Of a stretch of 64,000 nt of DNA, positions 8,588-17,656 are shown piece by piece; positions within the stretch are counted from its first letter, which is position 1, and every line of letters starts with the position of its first letter. The stretch is from Clostridia bacterium (GTDB taxonomy: Bacteria; Bacillota; Clostridia; Oscillospirales; Acutalibacteraceae). The stretch covers positions 15,367-79,366 of the forward strand of contig JAFURT010000009.1 of NCBI GenBank assembly GCA_017471765.1, given 5' to 3'. The translations under genes were made by a program, and so were the position numbers. A model generated the notes under the pieces. The model was not told the DNA's origin, ran no database searches, and worked only from the letters and a program-made list of their open reading frames with translations.

Positions 8588-9883
8588 ATGCTGGATATCA
8601 AATTTATTCGGGAAAACCCCGAGCTGGTAAAAGAGAATATTCGCAAGAAGTTTAAGGATGCCAAACTGCCGCTGGTGGACGAGGTCATCGAGCTGGACGC
8701 CAAAAAGCGGGAGGTCAATACCCGGGCTAACGAGCTGCGAGCCAACCGCAACAAGGTGAGCAAGGAGATTGGCGCCCTCATGGCCCAGGGCAAACGGGAC
8801 GAGGCGGAGGAAAAGAAACAGCTGGTATCCCGGCAGGCCGCCGAGCTGGCGGAGCTGGAGGCCCAGGAGACCGAGCTGGCCGCCCAGCTGACCGAGCGCA
8901 TGATGAAGATTCCCAACATCATCGACCCCTCCGTGCCCATCGGCAAGAGCGATGAGGAAAACGTGGAGGTACAGCAGTACGGCGAAAAGACTGTGCCCAC
9001 CTTTGAGATTCCCTACCACACCGACATCATGGCGGCGTTTGCCGGCATCGACAAGGCGGCGGCCGGCAAGGTGGCCGGCGAGGGCTTCTATTACCTGATG
9101 GGGGACATCGCCCGTCTGCACAGTGCGGTGCTGTCCTACGCCCGTGACTTTATGATTGACAAGGGCTTCACCTACTGCATTCCGCCCTTTATGATTCGCT
9201 CCAACGTGGTCACCGGCGTGATGAGCTTTGAAGAGATGGATGCCATGATGTACAAGATCGAGGGGGAGGATCTCTACCTCATCGGTACCAGCGAGCATTC
9301 CATGATCGGTAAGTTTATCGACACCATCACCCCCGAGGAGCAGCTGCCCCTGACCCTGACCAGCTATTCTCCCTGCTTCCGCAAGGAGAAGGGCGCCCAC
9401 GGCATCGAGGAGCGTGGCATCTACCGCATCCACCAGTTCGAGAAGCAGGAGATGATCGTCATCTGCCGTCCCGAGGAGAGCATGGACTGGTTCAATAAGA
9501 TGTGGAGCTACTCCGTGGAGCTGTTCCGGTCGCTGGATATCCCGGTGCGTACGCTGGAGTGTTGCTCCGGCGACCTGGCCGACCTGAAGGTCAAGTCCTA
9601 CGACGTGGAGGCCTGGTCTCCCAAGCAGCAGAAGTATTTTGAGGTCTGCTCCTGCTCCAACCTGGGCGACGCCCAGGCCCGCCGTCTGGGCATCCGTGTC
9701 AAGGGCGCCGACGGGCAGAAGTACCTGGCCCACACCCTCAACAACACCGTGGTGGCGCCTCCCCGTATGCTGATTGCCCTGCTGGAGAACAATCTGGAGT
9801 ACGCCGACGGCAAGTACAGCCTGCGGATTCCTGCGGCGCTGCAGCCCTACATGGGCGGCAAGACCGTCATTCATCAGAAATAA
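8588..9883 (+). CDS. serS: Serine--tRNA ligase
   Basis: 431 aa with an N-terminal coiled-coil arm and class II aaRS motifs (FRKE..G.HGIERGIYRIHQFEK, GDLA...K.YDVEAW, NNTVVA). Confidence 0.95.
   Translation: MLDIKFIRENPELVKENIRKKFKDAKLPLVDEVIELDAKKREVNTRANELRANRNKVSKEIGALMAQGKRDEAEEKKQLVSRQAAELAELEAQETELAAQLTERMMKIPNIIDPSVPIGKSDEENVEVQQYGEKTVPTFEIPYHTDIMAAFAGIDKAAAGKVAGEGFYYLMGDIARLHSAVLSYARDFMIDKGFTYCIPPFMIRSNVVTGVMSFEEMDAMMYKIEGEDLYLIGTSEHSMIGKFIDTITPEEQLPLTLTSYSPCFRKEKGAHGIEERGIYRIHQFEKQEMIVICRPEESMDWFNKMWSYSVELFRSLDIPVRTLECCSGDLADLKVKSYDVEAWSPKQQKYFEVCSCSNLGDAQARRLGIRVKGADGQKYLAHTLNNTVVAPPRMLIALLENNLEYADGKYSLRIPAALQPYMGGKTVIHQK
9757..9883 (+). repeat. Direct repeat copy 1 (functional 3' end of serS)
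   Basis: About 126 bp, about 92% identical by eye to 11589-11714. Confidence 0.85.
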
Positions 9884-9885
9884 TG

Positions 9886-9926
9886 TCAAGAACGCCACGG
9901 CAAGCGCCATGGCGTTCTTGTTTTAG
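9886..9926 (+). terminator. Intrinsic terminator after serS
   Basis: Stem caagaacgcc/ggcgttcttg followed by tttt. Confidence 0.6.
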
Positions 9927-10072
9927 AGAGATAATACTCAACTGCGTCAAAAAAGGTGCATTTCAAGGTGAATGTATTATTTTGGATAAAAGCAACTTAA
10001 TTACGGATAAAAGTTTACGGTTGCTGCCCCGGATGCTCTGTGGTATAATAGCTGTAATAAGGAGGTGATACT

Positions 10073-10996
10073 ATGGAGCATGTGACGGTTGGAAGAATCT
10101 GCAATGAGAGAAAGGTCGCCCTTGTGGAATGTATGAAGGATAGTGATTTGCAGAATATTCACATTAAAGGCACCTGTTTTTTACTGATCTTTCTTTCGTC
10201 CGGTTTTCTGCAGTTTCAAATTGCAGAAAGAGTTGTGGAGGCATCTGCTCCATGCTTCTTTTGCTTTGATGAGTCGGAGGATCCCGTTTGTTTGACAAAT
10301 TGTCAAGCCAGCTACTTTTGTATCTTTTTTCATCCGCAGTTTTTAAACGTCAATATGACGTTTGCGTGTCTTCGCTCACCGTCGTTTGACAACATAGCAT
10401 CGATCCACGACATGATTTTGTTGAAACCGTTTATAGACGGAATTCACAGGTTATCCATTCGCGAGGATTGTGCCAATGCGATGGAGCTGGCGTGCGATTG
10501 TTTATTGAAGGAATTGCAGGAGCAGCAGGACGAGTACTGGTCTTGCCGTAGCCGTTCTTATCTTATAGAAATTATCATTGCCTTGGAGAGACAGTGCGGA
10601 TTGGTCAGGTATGATGGGGCGGTTGCGGGGACTGGATCCTTTCCGGTCGTACAAAGCTCTGCATTGCAAAATGCCGTTCTTTTTATGGAGAGCCATTATA
10701 TGGAGCACTTAACTCTTTCGGACATTGCCAATGCCGCTCATATGAACGTTGCGACATTGACACAAACAGCAAAAAAAGAATTGGGTATGACCGTTATGGC
10801 GTATTTGATGAGTTACCGCTTACGGATGGCGAAAAAGCAGTTGGCTTTTACTTCTGTTCCAATCAAAGAGGTCGCTTCCCGTTGCGGATTTCAGACAGTG
10901 CAGCATTTCAGCCGGGTGTTTAAAAAGCATATGGGTCAACCGCCGGCAGAATTCCGAATGACAGCGGTGCAAAAAAGGAAAGAAGCGTTCGCGTGA
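10073..10996 (+). CDS. AraC family transcriptional regulator
   Basis: GGAGGTG RBS. C-terminal double-HTH AraC signature (LTLSDIANAAHMN..., IKEVASRCGFQTVQHFSRVFKKHMGQPPAEFR). Visibly more AT-rich than its neighbours. Confidence 0.85.
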   Translation: MEHVTVGRICNERKVALVECMKDSDLQNIHIKGTCFLLIFLSSGFLQFQIAERVVEASAPCFFCFDESEDPVCLTNCQASYFCIFFHPQFLNVNMTFACLRSPSFDNIASIHDMILLKPFIDGIHRLSIREDCANAMELACDCLLKELQEQQDEYWSCRSRSYLIEIIIALERQCGLVRYDGAVAGTGSFPVVQSSALQNAVLFMESHYMEHLTLSDIANAAHMNVATLTQTAKKELGMTVMAYLMSYRLRMAKKQLAFTSVPIKEVASRCGFQTVQHFSRVFKKHMGQPPAEFRMTAVQKRKEAFA

Positions 10997-11055
10997 TGAT
11001 TAATCATGTTCCGGCAGAAAACGGGAGAACGAGAGAATGTGAGGAGGCACAGCTT

Positions 11056-11574
11056 ATGATAAAAACAGAATCCTTTGTTTATCGGGATGACGGGAAAATG
11101 CGTTTTATCGGCATTGACGCTTGGCGTACGGGTGATGATTGGGGCGGACTTTGGGAGCGCACTGCGGATTTTATGCCGGAATTGGAGAAACTCCGGAAAA
11201 CATATGCCGCCGGTTTTTCGGAGCCCTGCTCTTTGATGCATGCGGGCGGCAAAGAAGTGGGGGTTGAGGAGCATTTCCTTGCCGGATATTTCTTCAAAGC
11301 AGATACGCCTGTGCCTGAAGGCTATGACTATTTCGACGTGGAAACCACCTGTGTTGGATATGGGGTTTATGTTACGCAGGATATCGGGGAAGATATGGAG
11401 AATGCGTATAGTATGACCAGAGACAGAATTTTGGGAGATGGCTATCTTGTACCGTATCCACAAGGTTATTGGCATGCTGAAGTATATACCAATGGCCGTC
11501 CTCACGAAGGGGAGTACCGCTTTGGCTATGCGTTTCCTGTGTTTTGGGTAAGTGTTTCCGGGAGTGGAAGGTGA
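11056..11574 (+). CDS. GyrI-like / AraC-effector-binding-like small-molecule-binding protein (tentative)
   Basis: GAGGAGG RBS before ATG 11056. About 172 aa, translationally adjacent to the AraC gene. The call rests on general sequence pattern only. Confidence 0.5.
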   Translation: MIKTESFVYRDDGKMRFIGIDAWRTGDDWGGLWERTADFMPELEKLRKTYAAGFSEPCSLMHAGGKEVGVEEHFLAGYFFKADTPVPEGYDYFDVETTCVGYGVYVTQDIGEDMENAYSMTRDRILGDGYLVPYPQGYWHAEVYTNGRPHEGEYRFGYAFPVFWVSVSGSGR

Positions 11575-11588
11575 AATCCTACGATGCG

Positions 11589-11714
11589 GCGCCCCCGTAT
11601 GCGGGTTGCCCTGTTGGAGAACAACCTGGGGTACGCCGACGGCAAGTACAGCCTGCGGATTCCGGCGGCGCTGCAGCCCTACATGGGCGGCAAGACCGTC
11701 ATTCATCAGAAATA
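11589..11714 (+). repeat. Direct repeat copy 2: displaced, frameshifted serS 3'-end fragment
   Basis: Matches 9757-9883 including the TAA. It has a 1-nt deletion near its 5' end and no upstream serS body. Confidence 0.85.
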
Positions 11715-11719
11715 ATTTC

Positions 11720-11756
11720 CCAAAGCCGCTGTTTTTCGTAAACGGCGGCTTTGTCT
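11720..11756 (+). terminator. Hairpin after the serS fragment (caaagccgc...gcggctttg)
   Basis: 9-bp stem followed by gtctt; plausibly the ancestral serS terminator. Confidence 0.45.
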
Positions 11757-11812
11757 TGCGTAAACGGCAAAGGTGTGTTATAATGCCCCTATAAACTCCA
11801 CGGAGGTGCGTT

Positions 11813-12778
11813 ATGACGACGCTGTACTTGGTGATTCCCTGTTATAACGAAGAAGCGGTACTGCCCCACACGGCTCCCGCTTTTTTGGACAAACTGCGGC
11901 AGCTGCAGGCGGAGGGGCGGATTTCCCCTGCCAGCCGGGTGCTGTTTGTGGATGACGGCAGCCGGGACGGCACCTGGCGCCTCATCACCGGGCTGGCCGC
12001 CGACGAGACACTGGTGGAGGGTCTGCGTTTGTCCCGCAACCGGGGGCATCAGAATGCCCTGCTGGCCGGGCTGATGGCGGCCATGCCGCTGGCGGATGCT
12101 ACCGTCAGCCTGGATTGCGACGGCCAGGATGATATCGACGCCGTGGACGCTATGCTTACCGAATACGAGGCCGGCTGTGATGTGGTGTACGGCGTGCGGT
12201 CTGACCGGAGCTCCGACAGTGCCTTCAAGCGGCTCACCGCCCGGGGCTTTTACCGGCTGATGAGCTGGATGGGGGTGGAGAGCGTGTACGACCACGCCGA
12301 CTACCGGCTGATGAGCCGCCGGGCGTTGGAGGGGCTGGCCGCCTTTAAGGAGAAGAACCTGTACCTCCGGGGCATGGTGCCGCTGGTGGGCTACCGGAGC
12401 AGCAGCGTATACTACACCCGTAGCCCCCGGGTGGCCGGGGAGAGCCACTATCCCCTGGGCAAGATGCTGGCGCTGGCCGTTAATGGCATCACCAGCCTGT
12501 CGGTCAAGCCCCTGAAGCTGATTACCGCCCTGGGGCTGGGGGTGTCCTTCATCAGCCTTATCATGATTATCTGGAGCCTTATCCGGCATTTTACCGACGC
12601 TACCGTGTCCGGTTGGAGCAGCCTGATGTGCGTCATTCTGTTTCTGGGCGGCGTCCAGCTGCTGTGCGTGGGGGTGCTGGGGGAGTATATCGGCAAAATC
12701 TATCTTGAGGTGAAGGGCCGCCCCCGCTATCTGGTGGCGGAAAGCACCCTGGAAGCGAAGGAGATGGCGGAAGAATGA
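11813..12778 (+). CDS. Family 2 glycosyltransferase (bactoprenol/undecaprenyl-phosphate glycosyltransferase, GtrB/CsbB-like)
   Basis: N-terminal VIPCYNEE and DDGSRDGT GT-A motifs, with two C-terminal TM helices. Confidence 0.85.
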   Translation: MTTLYLVIPCYNEEAVLPHTAPAFLDKLRQLQAEGRISPASRVLFVDDGSRDGTWRLITGLAADETLVEGLRLSRNRGHQNALLAGLMAAMPLADATVSLDCDGQDDIDAVDAMLTEYEAGCDVVYGVRSDRSSDSAFKRLTARGFYRLMSWMGVESVYDHADYRLMSRRALEGLAAFKEKNLYLRGMVPLVGYRSSSVYYTRSPRVAGESHYPLGKMLALAVNGITSLSVKPLKLITALGLGVSFISLIMIIWSLIRHFTDATVSGWSSLMCVILFLGGVQLLCVGVLGEYIGKIYLEVKGRPRYLVAESTLEAKEMAEE

Positions 12779-13191
12779 AAAGACTGCTGTCTCTGCTTGA
12801 TGGGAAACTGCTGAAATTTCTGGTGGTGGGTGTCATCAATACGTTGGTGGGCACCGCCATCATGTTCGGGCTGTATAATCTGGCCGGATGCAGCTACTGG
12901 TTTTCCTCGGCGGCGAATTACCTGCTGACCAGCATCCTCAGCTATTTTCTGAATAAGTATTTCACCTTCAAAAACGCCGAAAAGGGCTGGCGGCCGATTG
13001 TGCGCTTTGCGGTGAATATCGCCGTCTGCTACCTGCTGGCCTACGGCATCGCCGAGCCGCTGGTGCGCTGGGCGTTGACCGGCGCCTCGCCTACGGTGCA
13101 GGATAATGTGGCGATGCTGGTGGGCATGTGCCTGTTCACCGGGTTCAATTACCTGGGTCAGCGGCTGTTTGCCTTCCGGGAAAAAAATTAA
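12775..13191 (+). CDS. GtrA family membrane protein
   Basis: 138 aa with four TM segments. KFLVVGVINTLVG N-terminus typical of GtrA. ATGA overlap with the GT2 gene. Confidence 0.8.
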   Translation: MKRLLSLLDGKLLKFLVVGVINTLVGTAIMFGLYNLAGCSYWFSSAANYLLTSILSYFLNKYFTFKNAEKGWRPIVRFAVNIAVCYLLAYGIAEPLVRWALTGASPTVQDNVAMLVGMCLFTGFNYLGQRLFAFREKN

Positions 13192-13222
13192 GAAATATTT
13201 AAACATTTTTCGCTTGTATCTT

Positions 13223-13272
13223 AAATCCCTCCTTGGTATCATACATCCGTATGATACCAAGGAGGGATTTTT
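13223..13272 (+). terminator. 21-bp perfect hairpin plus U-run; it also contains the amidase RBS
   Basis: aaatccctccttggtatcata-catccg-tatgataccaaggagggattt followed by tt, then ATG at 13273. Confidence 0.6.
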
Positions 13273-13962
13273 ATGGTGATACGGTGGAGAAGCCGCCGAG
13301 CCCGGTATCGTTGGCTTACACCGGTGTTGGCTATGGTGGTGTTGGGTCTGCTCACCGCTGGGGCGCTCAGCCTGCTTCTGCCGCCGGGGGACGAACCCGA
13401 AAGCGATGCCCCACCCCCGGAGAAACCGGCATTTTTCCTGTCAGCGGCAGAAAAACGGGTAGAAAAACTGAAAAATACCGCCATCCCCGACTGGATATCC
13501 CGGGAATATATCCCCACCCTGGTTACCGCCCGTAGCGGAGACCTGCTGGCGGACTATGCCGGGGTGGTGGTACACTATGTGGGCAACCCCGGCACCACCG
13601 CCGCCGGCAACCGGAATTATTTTGCCACCCCCGGCACAGAAGTGTGCTCCCACTTTATTGTGGGGCTGGAAGGGGAGATTATCCAGTGTATTCCCCTATG
13701 GGAGCGGTCGGTGGCCAGCAACCACCGCAACCGGGACACCGTTTCCATCGAGGTGTGCCACCCCGATGACAGCGGCGAATTTACGCCGGCAACCTATGCC
13801 GCCCTGGTAAAGCTCACCGCCTGGCTGTGTGATGTGGGGGCGCTGGAGGAGCAGCAGGTCATCCGCCACTACGATGTGACCGGCAAGGAATGTCCCCGGT
13901 ATTATGTGGAGAACCGGGAGGCATGGGAGCAATTTCTGGCAGATGTGGCTTCTGCACGATAG
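13273..13962 (+). CDS. N-acetylmuramoyl-L-alanine amidase (Amidase_2/PGRP type), membrane-anchored
   Basis: N-terminal TM anchor. HYVGNPGTTA, SHFIVG and SIEVCH motifs are typical of Amidase_2. Confidence 0.8.
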   Translation: MVIRWRSRRARYRWLTPVLAMVVLGLLTAGALSLLLPPGDEPESDAPPPEKPAFFLSAAEKRVEKLKNTAIPDWISREYIPTLVTARSGDLLADYAGVVVHYVGNPGTTAAGNRNYFATPGTEVCSHFIVGLEGEIIQCIPLWERSVASNHRNRDTVSIEVCHPDDSGEFTPATYAALVKLTAWLCDVGALEEQQVIRHYDVTGKECPRYYVENREAWEQFLADVASAR

Positions 13963-14035
13963 AATATGGCGAAAATTGTAGAAAACTCACAAATTCTAAC
14001 CGATTGTTTTGGAACAAGAATGGCGGCCGTCCTCA

Positions 14036-14064
14036 TTGACAAGGGCGGCCGCCGGTTGTATAAT
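14036..14064 (+). promoter_or_regulatory. Putative sigma-A promoter of xpt (TTGACA-17-TATAAT)
   Basis: Perfect consensus hexamers with a 17-nt spacer. Confidence 0.55.
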
Positions 14065-14109
14065 GGAGGTGTATTTTTTAAGGAATAATTAAGAGAGGGC
14101 GGACGGGCT

Positions 14110-14691
14110 ATGCAACTGTTAGAGGACCGTATTCGCCGGGACGGCAAGGTAGCCCCCGGGAACGTGTTGCGCGTGGACGGCTTTATCAACCACCAGATGG
14201 ATATGGAGCTGTTGGACAAGCTGGCGGCAGAGTTCCAGCGTCTGTTTGCGGACGCCGGGGTGGACAAGGTGCTGACCATCGAGGCCTCCGGCATCGCCAT
14301 TGCCGCCTTGGTGGCCCAGCGGTTTCGTGTGCCGTTGGTGTTTGCCAAAAAATCCAAGACCAGCAACATCCCCGATACGGTATATTCCTGCCCGGTGAAG
14401 TCCTATACCCATGGCAATGTGAACACCGTCATGGTTTCCCGGGAGTTTCTCCACGCCGGCGAGCGGGTGTTGCTCATCGATGACTTCCTGGCCCACGGCG
14501 AGGCGCTGGCCGGGCTCATTAATGTGGTAGACCAGGCGGGCGGCACCGTGGTGGGCGCCGGCATTTTGATTGAAAAGGCGTTCCAGGATGGAGGCAAGAA
14601 CATCCGTGCCCAGGGCTATCGGGTGGAATCTCTGGCCCGTGTGCAGTCCATGGATGCCGATACCGGCAGCGTGGAATTCGCCGCCGATTAA
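14110..14691 (+). CDS. xpt: Xanthine phosphoribosyltransferase
   Basis: MQLLEDRIRRDGKV...LRVDGFINHQMD N-terminus and a VLLIDDFLAHGEA PRPP-binding loop. Confidence 0.9.
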   Translation: MQLLEDRIRRDGKVAPGNVLRVDGFINHQMDMELLDKLAAEFQRLFADAGVDKVLTIEASGIAIAALVAQRFRVPLVFAKKSKTSNIPDTVYSCPVKSYTHGNVNTVMVSREFLHAGERVLLIDDFLAHGEALAGLINVVDQAGGTVVGAGILIEKAFQDGGKNIRAQGYRVESLARVQSMDADTGSVEFAAD

Positions 14692-14754
14692 CCTGTACCC
14701 AAGCCGTCGGAGGGCGGTAAAAAATAAATCATATGTTGTTTGGAGGAAAAGAAC

Positions 14755-15960
14755 ATGAAAAAGCTTTTGGCAATGCTCCTGGCTGCGGTAATGCTGTTCT
14801 CCCTGGCCGCCTGTGGCGGATTGGGTGGCAGCGCCATGACGGAGTCCCCCCTTCCCGAGTCCAAGCTGACTGTGGACTACGAGATCAAGGACGACTTCAA
14901 GATTGGTTACATCTGTCTGCATGATGAGCAGTCTACCTACGACCTGAACTTCCTCAACGCCGCCGATGCGGTGACCGAGGCCCTGGGTCTGAAGGATGAC
15001 CAGGTAATCATCAAGGCCAACGTCGAAGAGGGTAACGCCTGCTACGATGCGGCCGCTGACCTGGTGGATCAGGGTTGCGACATCGTTTTCGCCAACTCCT
15101 TCGGTCATGAGGATTTCATGATCAAGGCCGCCGAAGAGTTCCCGGACGTGCAGTTCTGCCACGCCACCGGCACCAAGGCGCACGAGAAGAAGCTGCCCAA
15201 CTATCACAATGCGTTCGCTTCCATCTACGAGGGCCGTTATCTGGCGGGTATCGCTGCCGGTATGAAGCTCAACGAGATGATCGAGGCCGGCGAGATCACC
15301 GCCGAGCAGGCCAAGATGGGCTACGTGGGTGCCTTCACCTACGCTGAGGTTATCTCCGGCTACTCTTCCTTCTATCTGGGTGCCAAGTCGGTTTGTCCCT
15401 CCGTCACTATGGAGGTGCAGTTCACCGGCTCCTGGTACGATGTAAACGAAGAGAAGAACGCCGCTGAGGCGCTCATCGCCCGTGATTGCGTGCTGATCTC
15501 TCAGCATGCGGACTCCATGGGTGCTCCCGGTGCCTGTGAGGCCGCCGGCGTACCCAATGTGTCCTACAACGGCTCCACCTATGAGTCCTGCCCCGAGACC
15601 TTCATCGTCTCCTCCCGCATCAACTGGGCTCCCTACTTCAACTACATCATCAAGTGCGTGAACACCGGTGCTGCGATCGACACCGACTGGTGCGGCGGCA
15701 TTGCCGAGGGTTCTGTGGTGCTGACCGGCATCAATGCCGATGCGGCTGCCGAGGGTACGCTGGATGCACTGAAGAAGGCTGTTGAGGATCTGAAGGCCGG
15801 CACTGTTAAGGTGTTCGACACCTCCAAGTTCACCGTGGACGGCGTTGCCTACACCGGTGACGCTGTGGTCGATGGCATCTTCGAGGAGTCCAAGGCCCAG
15901 TCCGCCCCCTATTTCGATCTGAAGATCGATGGCATCACCCGCCTGAACGAGAAGTTCTGA
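14755..15960 (+). CDS. BMP family ABC transporter substrate-binding lipoprotein (nucleoside/purine)
   Basis: Signal peptide plus lipobox LAACGG. Followed by a two-cassette ATPase and two permeases of the BMP/Nup type. Confidence 0.85.
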   Translation: MKKLLAMLLAAVMLFSLAACGGLGGSAMTESPLPESKLTVDYEIKDDFKIGYICLHDEQSTYDLNFLNAADAVTEALGLKDDQVIIKANVEEGNACYDAAADLVDQGCDIVFANSFGHEDFMIKAAEEFPDVQFCHATGTKAHEKKLPNYHNAFASIYEGRYLAGIAAGMKLNEMIEAGEITAEQAKMGYVGAFTYAEVISGYSSFYLGAKSVCPSVTMEVQFTGSWYDVNEEKNAAEALIARDCVLISQHADSMGAPGACEAAGVPNVSYNGSTYESCPETFIVSSRINWAPYFNYIIKCVNTGAAIDTDWCGGIAEGSVVLTGINADAAAEGTLDALKKAVEDLKAGTVKVFDTSKFTVDGVAYTGDAVVDGIFEESKAQSAPYFDLKIDGITRLNEKF

Positions 15961-15971
15961 TGTAGATCCTT

Positions 15972-16022
15972 CCGGCATAGGCGGAGCCGTATGGCTTCGC
16001 CTATGTCCGGTTTTGTTTTTTT
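15972..16022 (+). terminator. Intra-operon attenuator/terminator after the SBP gene
   Basis: Stem ccggcataggcg...cgcctatgtccgg followed by ttttgttttttt. Confidence 0.6.
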
Positions 16023-16027
16023 GTCCG

Positions 16028-16077
16028 TTTGGATCCGATAAGAGCAAAGAGGCTCTTTGGTTTTATCGGATCCAAAT
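16028..16077 (+). promoter_or_regulatory. Nested palindrome (14-bp perfect arms tttggatccgataa / ttatcggatccaaa around an inner hairpin)
   Basis: Read directly from the sequence; lies between the SBP and ATPase genes. Confidence 0.4.
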
Positions 16078-16105
16078 CAATCGGCACGGATCGGAGGAGT
16101 AGACT

Positions 16106-17656
16106 GTGGAGAGAGAGATCGCATTATCCTGTCGGGGAATTACCAAGACCTTCGGCAGAGTGGTAGCTAATAAGGCGTGCGACCTGGATGTATATAAGGG
16201 CGAGATTTTGGCTATCCTGGGTGAAAACGGCAGTGGAAAGACCACGCTGATGAACATGGTGGCGGGCATCTATTTCCCCGATGAGGGGCAGATCTATGTT
16301 AATGGCGAGGAGGTCACCATTGCCTCCCCGAAGGACGCCTTCCGGTATAAGATCGGGATGATCCATCAGCATTTCAAGCTGGTGGATGTGTTCACCGCCT
16401 GTGAGAACATCGCTCTGGGCGTGGAGGATGAGGGGAAATACCGGCTGGCAGAGGTCAAAAAGAAGGTCATCGAGATCACCCAGCGGTACGGCTTTATCAT
16501 CGACCCGGACAAGCGCATCAGCGACATGGCGGTGTCGGAAAAGCAAACGGTGGAGATTCTGAAGGTGCTGTACCGCGGGGCGGACATCCTGATTTTAGAT
16601 GAGCCCACGGCGGTGCTGACTCCGCAGGAAACGGAAAAGCTGTTTGCGGTGCTGCGCCGTATGCGGGAGGACGGAAAATCCATCATCATCATCACCCATA
16701 AGATGCATGAGGTGCTGAGCATCTCCGACCGGGTGGCGGTGTTGCGCCGTGGCGAGCACGCAGATACCGTCAATACGGCAGATACCTCGGAGGCCCAGCT
16801 CACCGAGCTGATGATGGGTAAGAAGGTGGATCTGAACATCCAGCGCAGCGAGCCCAAGGACTCGGTGGATCGGCTGGTGGTTTCCGGTCTGTCCAGCAAG
16901 AACGCAGAGGGACGTCCGGTGCTGTCGGATGTGTCTTTTACCGCCCGTTCCGGGGAGATACTGGGCATTGCGGGCATCGCCGGCTCCGGCCAGCGGGAGC
17001 TGCTGGAGGCCATTGCCGGTCTGTATCATCTGGATGCAGGGGAGATCACCTATCTGGACCCCACCGACGGACACCCGGAGAATCTGCGGGATAAGACCCC
17101 GGTTCAGATCCGGGATCTGGGCGTGCGCCTGTCCTTTGTTCCGGAGGATCGTCTGGGCATGGGGCTGGTGGCCAACATGGACATCGTGGACAATATGATG
17201 CTGCGCAGCTACCGCAAAGGGCGTGGCATGTTCCTCCACCGTAAGGAGCCCAAGGATCTGGCGGAGCAAATCATTGAGGAACTGGAGGTGGTCACCCCCG
17301 GTGCCACCACGCCGGTGCGTCAGCTGTCCGGCGGCAATGTGCAGAAGGTTCTGGTGGGCCGTGAGATCGCAGCCGCCCCGTCGGTGCTGATGGCCGCCTA
17401 TCCGGTGCGCGGATTGGATGTCAACGCCTCCTACACCATCTACAATCTGCTTAACCGGCAGAAGGAGCGGGGCGTTGCGGTGATTTTTGTGGGCGAGGAT
17501 CTGGACGTGCTACTGGAATTGTGTGACCGCATCATGGTGATCAATTCCGGTTGTGTGACCGGCATTGTGGACGGCCGCACCGCCCAGAAGGATGAATTGG
17601 GTCTGTTGATGACCAAGTCAGCCGACCGGGAAGAAGCAACAGAGGAGGGCGCATAA
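16106..17656 (+). CDS. ABC transporter ATP-binding protein with two fused cassettes (sugar/nucleoside type)
   Basis: GTG start. Walker A GENGSGKTT, signatures LSGG.Q in both halves, and a Walker B ILILDEPT. Confidence 0.9.
   Translation: MEREIALSCRGITKTFGRVVANKACDLDVYKGEILAILGENGSGKTTLMNMVAGIYFPDEGQIYVNGEEVTIASPKDAFRYKIGMIHQHFKLVDVFTACENIALGVEDEGKYRLAEVKKKVIEITQRYGFIIDPDKRISDMAVSEKQTVEILKVLYRGADILILDEPTAVLTPQETEKLFAVLRRMREDGKSIIIITHKMHEVLSISDRVAVLRRGEHADTVNTADTSEAQLTELMMGKKVDLNIQRSEPKDSVDRLVVSGLSSKNAEGRPVLSDVSFTARSGEILGIAGIAGSGQRELLEAIAGLYHLDAGEITYLDPTDGHPENLRDKTPVQIRDLGVRLSFVPEDRLGMGLVANMDIVDNMMLRSYRKGRGMFLHRKEPKDLAEQIIEELEVVTPGATTPVRQLSGGNVQKVLVGREIAAAPSVLMAAYPVRGLDVNASYTIYNLLNRQKERGVAVIFVGEDLDVLLELCDRIMVINSGCVTGIVDGRTAQKDELGLLMTKSADREEATEEGA

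Noticed and set aside
13963-14109. Purine riboswitch expected upstream of xpt
   Set aside because: The leader after the TTGACA-17-TATAAT promoter is only about 40 nt long, and it lacks the conserved purine-aptamer core sequences as I remember them. An Infernal scan could confirm this.
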